Assembly: GCA_965219955.1 (NCBI GenBank)
Contig: OZ244799.1
Coordinates: 832,001-896,000, forward strand
Origin: a bacterium
GTDB taxonomy: Bacteria > UBA8248
Reading direction: 5' to 3'
Length of the DNA: 64,000 nt
The notes beneath the pieces are model-generated. The model saw only the letters and a program-made list of their open reading frames with translations, was not told the origin of the DNA and searched no databases. Each line of letters begins with the position of its first letter. The first letter of the stretch is position 1. Below are positions 38,562-47,706 of this stretch, piece after piece. Made by a program: the position numbers and the translations under genes.

Positions 38562-39668
38562 GTGTTTGATACCCAGGTGGTGAAGTTTCAGATGTCGGGA
38601 CCCGAGGACGTCTCGGGTCTTGCGGAAGCGGTGGCGGAAGGCCGCATTCAGGCGGCGGACATTCAGGCCATCATCGCCAAGACCGAAGGCAACGGCCGGG
38701 TGAACGACTATTCGAGGCCATACGCGCTCCATTCCTTCGAGGATTACATGATGGAGAAGCTGGGCCTCTCCCGCGCCGAGGTGCAGGGCATGTGCGCCAT
38801 GGTGATGTCGGGTGGCTGCGAGGGGATCATGAGCCCCCACGCGGTGGCCATTTCCAAGACGGACGTGGGCGACGCCGAAGGCCCCGGCGAGAAGCGCCTC
38901 TCCATGGGGGTCGCCTTCACCAGGGAGCTTCTGCCCGAGGAGTTGGGCACGATGGCGCAGGTGGACTTGGTGGCCGAGGCGGCGGAGGAGGCGCTCGCAA
39001 AGGCGGGCGTGGATTCGCTGGATGATGTGGGCTACGTGCAGGTGAAGTGCCCGCTTTTGACGTCGGACCGCATCAACGACGCGGCCTCGCGTGGCAAGAA
39101 GGTGGTGAGTACGGACACCACGCGCTCGATGAGCCTGTCGAACGGGTGCTCGGCTCTGGGTGCTGCGGTGGGCATCGGGGAGATCGACAGGGCGTCGTTC
39201 GAGATAACCGACGTGTGCAGCCGGGGCGACCTGTATTCGGAGATGATCTCCTGCTCGGCGGGCGTGGAACTCATGCGTTCGGAAGTCGTCGTCCTGGCGA
39301 ATTCCTCCCAATCGGTGAGCCGCTACAAGATCGGCCGGGCGGTGATGCAGCACCTGATCGACGCCGACGCCGTGAGGCAGGCGCTCAAAAACGCAGGGCT
39401 CGCCTTCGAAGGCCTGCCGGGTGCGGATGATTTGAGCAGGGTTGTGCACGCGTTCGCGAAAGCCGGCGCGCCCTGGGACGGCAGGCTTCTGGGCAAGCGC
39501 GTCACGCTGCTCACGGATTCCGTTCTGGGCACGCGGCCCGTGCGCGCCGTGGCGAACGCCGTAATCGCGTCGGTGGTGCAGGACCCGGCGGTCTACGTCT
39601 CGGCCGGTCTCGTCTTCCACCAGGGTCCCGTGGGCGGAGGGGTGGTTTCCGCCATCATCGAGGCGTAG
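38562..39668 (+). CDS. Ring-opening amidohydrolase (cyanuric acid hydrolase AtzD / barbiturase family)
   Basis: KTEGNG.VND, MSGG.EG, KCPLLT, CSAG, HQGP.GGG. Confidence 0.92.
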   Translation: MFDTQVVKFQMSGPEDVSGLAEAVAEGRIQAADIQAIIAKTEGNGRVNDYSRPYALHSFEDYMMEKLGLSRAEVQGMCAMVMSGGCEGIMSPHAVAISKTDVGDAEGPGEKRLSMGVAFTRELLPEELGTMAQVDLVAEAAEEALAKAGVDSLDDVGYVQVKCPLLTSDRINDAASRGKKVVSTDTTRSMSLSNGCSALGAAVGIGEIDRASFEITDVCSRGDLYSEMISCSAGVELMRSEVVVLANSSQSVSRYKIGRAVMQHLIDADAVRQALKNAGLAFEGLPGADDLSRVVHAFAKAGAPWDGRLLGKRVTLLTDSVLGTRPVRAVANAVIASVVQDPAVYVSAGLVFHQGPVGGGVVSAIIEA

Positions 39669-39782
39669 AGACGGAGTGAAGGGCCGAATGGTCAGGGAGA
39701 AGGACGCCTGAAAAATTATGATGATAAGGTGTTGAAATATATGAGGCTGGGGTTTTCCGGCGCAATTGAGGACAAAAAAATC

Positions 39783-39811
39783 TTGACACGATTCCGGGCC
39801 TTTGCTAGGAT
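39783..39811 (+). promoter_or_regulatory. Strong sigma70 promoter
   Basis: TTGACA-17nt-TAGGAT with an extended -10 TG. Confidence 0.75.
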
Positions 39812-39850
39812 TTGAGCGTACAAATCGCAAGTAGCAAGAGGAGGGCTGTC

Positions 39851-39946
39851 ATGGTAAGAAACTTGATAGTAACCGCCTACAACACATCTCTCCGGAGGGT
39901 TCTGAAAACGGCTCACCACCGGAAGAGGGTTCTGAAAAAACCCTAA
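39851..39946 (+). CDS. Putative 31-aa basic small protein MVRNLIVTAYNTSLRRVLKTAHHRKRVLKKP
   Basis: GAGGAGG RBS a few nt before the ATG, inside its own transcription unit. Confidence 0.45.
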   Translation: MVRNLIVTAYNTSLRRVLKTAHHRKRVLKKP

Positions 39947-39998
39947 ACTGCCCCTTGGTGTTACCTGAAACGGGACATTGAGGGAAATTCAAAAACAG

Positions 39999-40031
39999 CA
40001 GGCGGCGTCGACGGGCGCCGCCTGTTTTTTT
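39999..40031 (+). terminator. Intrinsic terminator
   Basis: CAGGCGGCGTC-gacg-GGCGCCGCCTG-TTTTTTT. Confidence 0.85.
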
Positions 40032-40096
40032 GCGCGCGTTTTTGGAGGAGGGGCCGGGAGACCCCATCTTCCCCGAAAGCGTCGAAGCCCTCCCTC

Positions 40097-40300
40097 CTCA
40101 CCCTGAGTTGCGGCGGAGCCGCGTATCGAAGGTCAAACGCGATTGATGAATGAGCGTTTGCGTATTGATTTTTCCTCACCCGCAATCGCTCCTGATGCGC
40201 CCCGGCGAACCCTCCTTCATCGGTCGGGTTCGTGCCCTTGATACGGCCCTTCGGGCCTACTCGGGATGAAGAGGTTTGGCGAAGCCGCGTATCGAAGAGG
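40097..40300. repeat. R1 REP-like inverted pair without TIRs
   Basis: CTCACCCTGAGTTGCGGCGGAGCCGCGTATCGAAGG ... CCCTTGATACGGCCCTTCGGGCCTACTCGGGATGA. Confidence 0.8.
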
Positions 40301-40304
40301 GGCA

Positions 40305-40742
40305 CTACTCTCCGTGGCCGGGCGGGCGGCCACGGTTCATCTCGTCGGGTTCTTCGGCGAACTCCATGCGGTTCTTGATGGCGTCTATCGTGAAATCCTC
40401 CTTGTCACCGGCCAGCTCCGGGTTCCACATCGGGTAGAACACCTCGAGGGCCATCCCCGGCTCATCGCTCACCAATTTCAACGTATGCATCGCGCCCGCC
40501 TTGACGTGCACCACGTCGCCAGGCCCGATTCGCCGCACCTCGTCTTCGAGCGTGAACTCCCACTCGCCCGCCTGGATGTAGAAGAACTCCTCGTGGTCGG
40601 GGTGGTTGTGCAGTTTGGACGGCGTGCCGCCCGGCTCGGTGATCAGGTGCTGCATCTGGATGTTGTCGCCGAAGATGCGCCTGTGCGCGACGCCGGGGCG
40701 GTCGTGGCTCAAGGGCAGCATGTCCCAGTTGTAGAAACTCAT
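40305..40742 (-). CDS. Cupin domain protein
   Basis: LHNHPDHEE..Y...G and GAMH motifs. Confidence 0.85.
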   Translation of the reverse strand: MSFYNWDMLPLSHDRPGVAHRRIFGDNIQMQHLITEPGGTPSKLHNHPDHEEFFYIQAGEWEFTLEDEVRRIGPGDVVHVKAGAMHTLKLVSDEPGMALEVFYPMWNPELAGDKEDFTIDAIKNRMEFAEEPDEMNRGRPPGHGE

Positions 40743-40994
40743 GGTGTATTCCTTCGCGTGAGAGGGAGAAAATGATCGCTTTTGAGCATGGAGGGCTTCG
40801 TTGCGCCCGACCCGCTCGTTTTATGCCGGCAATGCCGGGCATTCTAGGGGCAGGCAGCAAGGTAAGACAATCCGCGCGCTCATCCTCATGAAAAAAGATG
40901 GGAGACCTCGAACCGCATAGCCGTGCGCGGTGCTGTGGGATACACTACGTCCATTCGATTTCCACTTTACATATTATCGGGAGAGGAGATGGTC

Positions 40995-42518
40995 ATGCGG
41001 TTCTCCGTTGTCGGCGGTGAGGGCTTCGACCAGGGGACGGACGCCCTGGTTTGCCTCATGGCGAAAGACGAGAAAAACGAGCAGTTGGAAAAGGTTCTCG
41101 GCGGCGCCCTGGCCTCCTTGCGCGCGCGCAAGGTTTTTGAGGGGAAAGAGGGGCAGGTCTCCGTTCTGCCCGTACCCGAGGGGGGTGGAGCGCCCGATTT
41201 CGTGGTTCTCGCAGGCCTGGGCGATGAGGCGTCGCCCGAATCGGTTCGCTGCTCCGGCGCTCTGGCGGCCAGGCGCGCCCGCGCCGAGGGTTTGAAGAGC
41301 ATCGCATTCTCGGCTTCTTCCGTTGTTGGCGATGACCTCGATGCGCGCGGGGCGGCCCAGGCGATTGTCGAGGGCGTGGGGCTCGGCCTCTACCGGATGG
41401 ACAAGTACAAGAGTGCGGATGATGACGAGAAGAGCGAGGTCTCGAGCGTCGTTTTGTGCGGGGGATCGGGCAGGAACCTGAGCGCGATGCGGCGCGGGGT
41501 GCGCTATGGCCGTGCTCTGTGCGAGGGGACGAATTACGCGCGCGACCTCATCAACACGCCCAGCAACGAGAAGCGCCCGCCCGCACTCGCCGAGATGGCG
41601 CGCGCGATGGCGCGGCGCGAGGGCCTTCGGTGCCGCGTGCTGGACGAGAAGCAGATGGCGAGGCAGAAGATGGGCGCGCTTCTCTCTGTAAGCCGGGGCA
41701 GCAGCGAGCCGGCTCGTATGGTCGTTCTGGAGTACAGGCCCCAGGGCGCGCGGACGAAGCCCATCGCCTTCGTCGGCAAGGGGGTGACGTTCGACACGGG
41801 CGGCATCTCCATCAAGCCGAGCGGCGGTCTCGAACTCATGACGACCGACATGAGCGGCGCCGCCGCCGTGTTGGGCGCGATGCTCGCCGTCGCGCGCGTA
41901 AAGCCCCGCGTGCCCGTGGTGGGCGTGGCCGGCCTCGTGGAGAACATGGTGGACGGCGACGCCACGCGGCCCGGCGACATCGTGCGCTCGATGAAGGGCA
42001 CGACGGTCGAAATCCACAACACCGACGCCGAGGGCCGGCTCGTCCTGGCAGACGCGCTCCATTACACGCGCGAGAAATACAAGCCCCAGTGCATGATCGA
42101 TCTGGCAACGCTCACGGGCGCCTGCATGGTGGCGCTCGGCCAGAAGGTGACAGGCATGTACGGCACGCACGATGAATTATTGGAGCGGGTACGCGACCTG
42201 GGCGAGCGCACCGGCGACCGCGTCTGGCACATGCCGCTCTTCCCGGAATACGGCGAGGCGATGAAGGGCAAGATAGCCGACATGTGCAACATCTCGGGCG
42301 CGCGCTGGGGGGGAGCAAACACCGCGGCGGCGTTTTTGCAGCACTTCGCCGACGAGACGCCCTGGGTTCATCTCGACATCGCGGGCCCCTCGCACACCGG
42401 AAAAGCCGGACCCTACCGCCCCGAGGGCGGCACCGGCGTGGGCGTGCGGATACTCGCGGAGCTTGCGATGGCCTGGAAGCGCCTCCCCGCACAGGAGGGC
42501 AAGGCCTACGGGTGTTAG
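40995..42518 (+). CDS. pepA: Leucyl aminopeptidase (M17)
   Basis: VGKGVTFDTGG, DMSG, NTDAEGRL, DLATLTGA, HLDIAG. Confidence 0.95.
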   Translation: MRFSVVGGEGFDQGTDALVCLMAKDEKNEQLEKVLGGALASLRARKVFEGKEGQVSVLPVPEGGGAPDFVVLAGLGDEASPESVRCSGALAARRARAEGLKSIAFSASSVVGDDLDARGAAQAIVEGVGLGLYRMDKYKSADDDEKSEVSSVVLCGGSGRNLSAMRRGVRYGRALCEGTNYARDLINTPSNEKRPPALAEMARAMARREGLRCRVLDEKQMARQKMGALLSVSRGSSEPARMVVLEYRPQGARTKPIAFVGKGVTFDTGGISIKPSGGLELMTTDMSGAAAVLGAMLAVARVKPRVPVVGVAGLVENMVDGDATRPGDIVRSMKGTTVEIHNTDAEGRLVLADALHYTREKYKPQCMIDLATLTGACMVALGQKVTGMYGTHDELLERVRDLGERTGDRVWHMPLFPEYGEAMKGKIADMCNISGARWGGANTAAAFLQHFADETPWVHLDIAGPSHTGKAGPYRPEGGTGVGVRILAELAMAWKRLPAQEGKAYGC

Positions 42519-42557
42519 GGGAGGCGAACCCCAGAGCGCGTCGAGCGCCCTTCGGTA

Positions 42558-42839
42558 CAAACGCTCATTTATCAATCGCGTTTTACCTTCGGCGGCTACT
42601 CAGGGTGAGGTCGATACGTCGGCTATGCAGTGCGGGATAGCCGTCATTCCGGCGAATGCCGGAATCCAGCGACTTTGCGCTTTGCTTTTGTTTTTTATGA
42701 AAAAAAGAGAATGCCACATCTTTCCACCCGATTGGTTCTGGATTCCGGCATTCGCCGGAATGACGAACGAAAAGCGGGCGGGCGCGGGACTCATCCCTAT
42801 GGAACAAACCCTCCCTCTTCGGGGTTTTTCAACAACCCC
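42558..42839. mobile_element. MITE-like element C (right TIR only; partial R1 plus R2 REP pair)
   Basis: CGTCATTCCGGCGAATGCCGGAATCCA ... inverse at 42642-42765; TTTTTCAACAACCCC at 42825-42839. Confidence 0.65.
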
Positions 42840-42863
42840 TTTTGGGCTGGGTTGCTTGTCTCG

Positions 42864-43889
42864 CTACTCCACGGCGAACGCCTTGGAGACGGGCCGGCTG
42901 GTGTTGTTCCATCCCGGGATGATGAACGAGGAAGGCCCGGGAAGTCCGCCCGCCACAAGAAGAGTGACGTCTTCCGGTTTCCGGATCATGGGCGCCATGC
43001 ACGCATCATCGTCGTGATCCACCCATCCGGGCCATTCGCTTTTTTCTTTTCCCCGGTAGCGGCCGCCGCGCTTTAGTAGCCCCACGGGCAGTCGGGCGCG
43101 CTCGGCGAGTCCCCGTTTGGCGTCGTCCCGGCTGAAGCCGTGGTCGGCGAGGAGTTGCGCGTGTTCGGGCCCCATGATCACCGTGAGGCCCACGGGCGAG
43201 TAGGCGTGGCGCGTACCCATGGTGGCGATGGTGCTTGCAATGGTGGTGAGCACGCCGTCTGCGTGATCGCTCGAATCATCGAGCGCGACGCGCGGGCCTT
43301 CCCCCGCGCAGGCGGTGACGACGTTCTCCTCCCGCCCGAATCCGCGTTCCTCGGCGAGTGAGGGCCAGGGGCTGATTTCCTCGTTCTCGCGCAGGCAGTA
43401 GGCGAACTTGCTCGGGCTGCCGAATGTGCTCATGTCGACCACGCCGGGGATCCCGCCCCCCAGGTTCAGGAGCATGAGCCTGAGCGCGCGGCCGATGGTC
43501 GCGTTGGCCCGGAAACCGGGCCCCAGGCAGCCCGTGCCGCCGTGGACCCCGATCTCGCGCGGGTAGGGGCCGTTCATGACGATGAGGGGACCGGCGGGGT
43601 TCATCGTCGCCTGAATGCCGTTCATGTTGAAGCGCCCGTCCAGAATGCACGAGAGCGCGCACGCGAGCGCGGGAAAGTATTCGGGCTTGCAGCCCGCCAT
43701 GACGGCGTGAATCGCCACTGTTTCCATGGTCGCGGGATGGTTCGCCGGCGGCACGTGGCCGATGAGGGCATCGGGCGCATGGTCTGCGAGCATTGCGGAC
43801 AGACGCTCTTCCGTCGGGACCACGACGGGCAGGCCGTCGGACCAGGGTTGCGCGAAGAAATACTCGACCGGGTCTATCGCGTCCGCCAT
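42864..43889 (-). CDS. Conserved hypothetical protein (WxDGLPVVxPT family)
   Basis: WSDGLPVVVPT, AVMAGCKPEYFP, ANATIGRA..L...N.GG; coding-like composition and operon position. Confidence 0.85.
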   Translation of the reverse strand: MADAIDPVEYFFAQPWSDGLPVVVPTEERLSAMLADHAPDALIGHVPPANHPATMETVAIHAVMAGCKPEYFPALACALSCILDGRFNMNGIQATMNPAGPLIVMNGPYPREIGVHGGTGCLGPGFRANATIGRALRLMLLNLGGGIPGVVDMSTFGSPSKFAYCLRENEEISPWPSLAEERGFGREENVVTACAGEGPRVALDDSSDHADGVLTTIASTIATMGTRHAYSPVGLTVIMGPEHAQLLADHGFSRDDAKRGLAERARLPVGLLKRGGRYRGKEKSEWPGWVDHDDDACMAPMIRKPEDVTLLVAGGLPGPSSFIIPGWNNTSRPVSKAFAVE

Positions 43890-43899
43890 ATGCTTAAGC

Positions 43900-44814
43900 C
43901 TACGCTCTTTCGGCGATGGCGCGGGCGCGGGCGAGCACGTTATCGGCGTGCTTGACCATGGCGATATCGATCATCTTGCCCTGGAAGGAAACCGCGCCTA
44001 ATCCCTGCGCCTCGCCCTCGCGGTAGGCTTGGGCCATCTCGGTGTAGTAGGAGACCTCTTCTTCGCTTGGCGAATAGACGTCGTTGAAGATCGGCACCTG
44101 TCTGGGATGGATGGCCGCCTTGCCGGTGTAGCCGAGTTTTTTGGCGAATTCCGCATCCGCCCGGCAGCCGTCGTCGTCCTGCAGGCGCATGTAGACGCCG
44201 TCGGTGGGGTGGGGCAGTCGCGCCGCCCGCGCCTCGACGAGCACCTTGCTCCGCGTGTAGAGGAGCGTCGTGCCGTCTTCCGTCCAGGTGGCCCCCAGGC
44301 TGCGGCAAAGGTCCGCATCCTCCGCACTGCCCAGGTTCACGCCCACCACGCGGTCCGCCGCCTTGCAGATGTCGTAGCAATGCACCACGCCCGGGGCGCT
44401 CTCAATCTGCGCGATGACCCCAACGCCGCCTTCTTCCAGGCCGCGCTCGCGCTCGTATTTCGAAAGCAGGGCATCGGCGGTTCGCACGTCCGCGGCGCTT
44501 TCGGGCTTGGGGAGGAAAATGCCGTCGAGTCCCTGGGTCACGATGGCGTCAATGTCTTCTTCGAGCATGCCCGATTCCACGTCGTTCACGCGCACGAGAA
44601 CCGTGGAGGGGCCGCCGGGCGCGCTGCTCGTCTCTGCGATGCCTGCGCGCACGAGTTCGCGCGCCGCTTCCTTCATCTGGGGGGCGACGGAATCCTCGAG
44701 ATCGAACAGGGCGGCGTCCGCCTCGATAGTGGGGCCTTTGCCCACCATCTTCTCGCTCGAACCGGGGATGAAGAGCATGGAGCGCAAGGGGGTGTCGATG
44801 TCTGGTCTGGCCAT
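43900..44814 (-). CDS. CitE-like CoA ester lyase (HpcH/HpaI aldolase/citrate lyase family)
   Basis: RSMLFIPG, DLEDSV, LPK, IES, GKAAIHPRQ, GKMID. Confidence 0.9.
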   Translation of the reverse strand: MARPDIDTPLRSMLFIPGSSEKMVGKGPTIEADAALFDLEDSVAPQMKEAARELVRAGIAETSSAPGGPSTVLVRVNDVESGMLEEDIDAIVTQGLDGIFLPKPESAADVRTADALLSKYERERGLEEGGVGVIAQIESAPGVVHCYDICKAADRVVGVNLGSAEDADLCRSLGATWTEDGTTLLYTRSKVLVEARAARLPHPTDGVYMRLQDDDGCRADAEFAKKLGYTGKAAIHPRQVPIFNDVYSPSEEEVSYYTEMAQAYREGEAQGLGAVSFQGKMIDIAMVKHADNVLARARAIAERA

Positions 44815-44887
44815 GGGATTTTCATACTCCTTGTTGTCTTGGTCACTTGCCGGAAGCAAAGCAACTAAGGTTACGGGATTCCAGTAT

Positions 44888-46171
44888 TCAATATTCCAAA
44901 AGGGAAAAGTCCATGTTTTCGAGAGCGGCGCGCATGTCGGAGATGAACCTGCCCGCCGCCATGCCGTCGTTCACGCGGTGGTCGAAGGTGATCGCCAGAA
45001 TCATGACGGGCCGCACCGAGACCGAGCCGGTCGGAAGGGCCACCGGGCGCGGCGCAATGGCCCCCGTGCCGATGATGGCCACCTCGGGCGGGTTGATGAT
45101 GGGGTTTCCGCCCAGCGCGCCCGAGGCGCCGAAATTGGTGAGCGTGAGCGTCCCGCCCCGGACGTCTTCGGGGCTGAGCGCGCCCTCTCTCGCGCGGGCC
45201 GCCAGATCGTCGAGCCGAATGGAAAGCTCCACCAGGTTCATCGAATCCGCCGATTTCAAGACGGGCACCACGAGGCCGCCCGGGGAGTCGACGGCGACGC
45301 CAAGATTGAGATAGCGCCTGACCGTGAGGGCGGCGTCTTCAAACGTGGCGCTGAAGCGCTCGTTGCCTTCGTTTCTGAGCGCGTGGACGAGCGCCATGAT
45401 GAAAAAGGGCGTGTAGGTGAGGTTTGCGCCGTGTTTCTCGCGAAACGCCTCTTTGTTCGCGTCGCGAAAGGCCGACACGCCGCTCATGTCGACTTCCAGC
45501 CAACTGGTGACCTGGGGAATTTCCTGTACGGAGCGGGTCAAGTTCTCTGCGATCCGCTTCCTGACCCTGCTGAGCGGTTCGACTCGCTCATCATGTCCTT
45601 CGCTGAGCGGTTTCGCCGACATCTCGATTCTGGGCGGTGCGCCGCCGCCCGCGATAAACGCCTCCACGTCGCGCGCGCTGACCCTTCCGCCCGCTCCCGT
45701 GCCTTGTATGCCGGCGATTACGTCCAGGCCGACCCCGTGTGCGGCGGCGAGGCTCTGGACGCGGGGGGAGAGCCAGGTTTTTCCCTCAGTCGATGGGCGG
45801 GACGTTTTTTCCACCCGCGCCGCGGGGATGACGGGTTTTTCCCTGGGCTGCAAGGGCGCGACCGGGGCCGCCCAGTCGCTCGCGCCCGATTCCGGCTCTT
45901 CCGGCTCGGGCGTCTCTTCGGCGACCTCGGTTTCGGTCTCCATGGTCGCGAGCACCTCGCCCACGGGCACGGTCTCCTCGGCTTCCGTCAGGATTTCCGT
46001 TATCACGCCGTCTGCGGGGGCCTCGACCTCGAACTCCACCTTGTCGCTCTCCGCGGAGAGGAGCACCTCGCCCTTCGCCACCGTGTCGCCCACCGCCTTC
46101 TTCCAGGCGACCACCGTGCTCTCGTGCACGCTGGTTCCCATGCGGGGCATTCTGATGCGCGCGGTGTACAT
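44888..46171 (-). CDS. 2-oxoacid dehydrogenase E2 (dihydrolipoamide acyltransferase)
   Basis: Lipoyl ESDKV, PSBD GTGAGGRV, PIINPPE, DHRVNDG. Confidence 0.93.
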   Translation of the reverse strand: MYTARIRMPRMGTSVHESTVVAWKKAVGDTVAKGEVLLSAESDKVEFEVEAPADGVITEILTEAEETVPVGEVLATMETETEVAEETPEPEEPESGASDWAAPVAPLQPREKPVIPAARVEKTSRPSTEGKTWLSPRVQSLAAAHGVGLDVIAGIQGTGAGGRVSARDVEAFIAGGGAPPRIEMSAKPLSEGHDERVEPLSRVRKRIAENLTRSVQEIPQVTSWLEVDMSGVSAFRDANKEAFREKHGANLTYTPFFIMALVHALRNEGNERFSATFEDAALTVRRYLNLGVAVDSPGGLVVPVLKSADSMNLVELSIRLDDLAARAREGALSPEDVRGGTLTLTNFGASGALGGNPIINPPEVAIIGTGAIAPRPVALPTGSVSVRPVMILAITFDHRVNDGMAAGRFISDMRAALENMDFSLLEY

Positions 46172-46284
46172 GGGGGCTCCTTCAAGCGTGATGGGGAAAT
46201 TCCTGGGGAGTATATACCAGAATCCGTTCCGTATTTACAAAAGCGGGGCGCGCCCGTCGTCCCGGTCTCAATCCCGGCCGATGA

Positions 46285-46659
46285 GGGGTTGTTGAAAAAG
46301 CCCTCTTCCCCAAGGGATAAAGGCAACCCCCCCTACCCCCCCTTGTCAGGGGGGTATAAAAAGGCGATGCGTTTCCACCGGGCTGAGGTGGTTTTGCTCT
46401 TTCTTACCCCCCTGACAAGGGGGGGTAGGGGGGTTGGTTTTCATGCAGGTGAGAGGGCAATCAAACCCGACCGAGGAGGCGCCGCCCCGTAGGGACAGGC
46501 CTCCGTGCCTGTCCTGACGAAGGACAATCACGGAGGGCAGGACAGGCGCCGTGCCTGCCCGATGCCCTGTTCTACAAGGGACAACCACAGGGGGTTGTCC
46601 CTACAAACGACCAGTCCATACCCCGAATCACGAAATCGGGACTATTTCAATTAAACCCC
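46285..46659. mobile_element. MITE-like element D (R4 plus R3 cargo) inside the E1b-E2 operon
   Basis: GGGGTTGTTGAAAAA ... degenerate TATTTCAATTAAACCCC. R4 pair at 46325-46435, GTAG REPs at 46489-46604. Confidence 0.72.
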
Positions 46660-46713
46660 TCATTCATCAATCGGGTTTGACCCTCAAAGAGGGAATGAAA
46701 AACCTTCGGCGGG

Positions 46714-47706
46714 TCAGAACGCGGCGAGGTCGCGCAGTTCGTTCACCACTTTCTCCGTGCTGGGCAGGTAGGCGCGCTCGAGCGGGGGGCTGAGCGGCAC
46801 GTGGGCTTCCGGCGCGCCGATGCGGCGGACGGGCGCGTCGAGATATTCAAAAACCTCCTCGCTCACGATGGCGGCCAACTCACCGCCCACGCCGCCTCGT
46901 TTTCTCGCCTCGTGCAGGAAGAGGATTTTCCCCGTCTTCTTCACACTTTCGAGGATCGCCCCTTTATCGAGCGGAACCAGGGTTCTGAGATCGATGACCT
47001 CCACCGACACCCCGTCGTTTTCGAGCACTTCCGCCGCTTCCAGGGCTTCGAGCACGGTGGTGCCGAAGGTGATGAGCGAAATGTCCTCTCCCTCGCGCAG
47101 GGTTCTCGCCTGGCCGAAGGGCACGGTGTAATCGTCATCCGGAATCCCGGGTCTCAGGACTTCGGGCAGCTCGTCCACCGGGTAGTTATAGAACTTTTTG
47201 TATTCCATGAAGATGACGGGGTTGGGATCTCTGATCGCTCCCTTGAGCATTCCCTTGGCGTCAAAAGCGGTGGTGGGAGCGACGATCTTGAGGCCGGGCG
47301 TTCCGAAAAACCATATTTCGGGGTTCTGGCTGTGGAAAGGGCCCGCGCTCACGAGCGCGGCGGCGGGCAGGCGCAGGACGATGGGCACCGGCCCCATCTG
47401 CCGGTAGTGGTTCCCGGCCGCGTAATCCACGATCATCTTGTAGGATTCGGTGACGAAATCGGCGAACTGAAACTCCACCACGGGGCGCATGCCGCAAAGC
47501 GCGGCGCCGATGGCCGCGCCTGTGAAGCCCGCCTCGCTCAGGGGGACGTCCACCACGCGGTCGCGCCCGAATTTCTCCATGAACCCTTTTGTGACGTAGA
47601 AGGCCCCGCCGCCGAGGCCGATGTCCTCCCCGAAGAGAAACACGTCCTCGTCCCGCTCCATCTCCTCCCAGAGGGCTTCGCTCAGCGCTTCGCGGTAGGT
47701 GATCAT
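46714..47706 (-). CDS. 2-oxoacid dehydrogenase E1 beta subunit
   Basis: GEDIG, PLSE, EFQFADF, PFHSQ, IDLRTL. Confidence 0.94.
   Translation of the reverse strand: MITYREALSEALWEEMERDEDVFLFGEDIGLGGGAFYVTKGFMEKFGRDRVVDVPLSEAGFTGAAIGAALCGMRPVVEFQFADFVTESYKMIVDYAAGNHYRQMGPVPIVLRLPAAALVSAGPFHSQNPEIWFFGTPGLKIVAPTTAFDAKGMLKGAIRDPNPVIFMEYKKFYNYPVDELPEVLRPGIPDDDYTVPFGQARTLREGEDISLITFGTTVLEALEAAEVLENDGVSVEVIDLRTLVPLDKGAILESVKKTGKILFLHEARKRGGVGGELAAIVSEEVFEYLDAPVRRIGAPEAHVPLSPPLERAYLPSTEKVVNELRDLAAF

Larger units (their letters stand above)
39818..40031 (+). ncRNA. Candidate small RNA or small-ORF mRNA
   Basis: Bounded by a promoter and an intrinsic terminator; three hairpins with CUGAAA loops. Confidence 0.5.

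Noticed and set aside
42463-43076. Small ORFs over repeat elements (VIPANAGIQ..WIPAFAGMT; also VGTGLRACP at 60379, 62441 and 63701)
   Set aside because: They are translations of REP palindromes with no RBS support.
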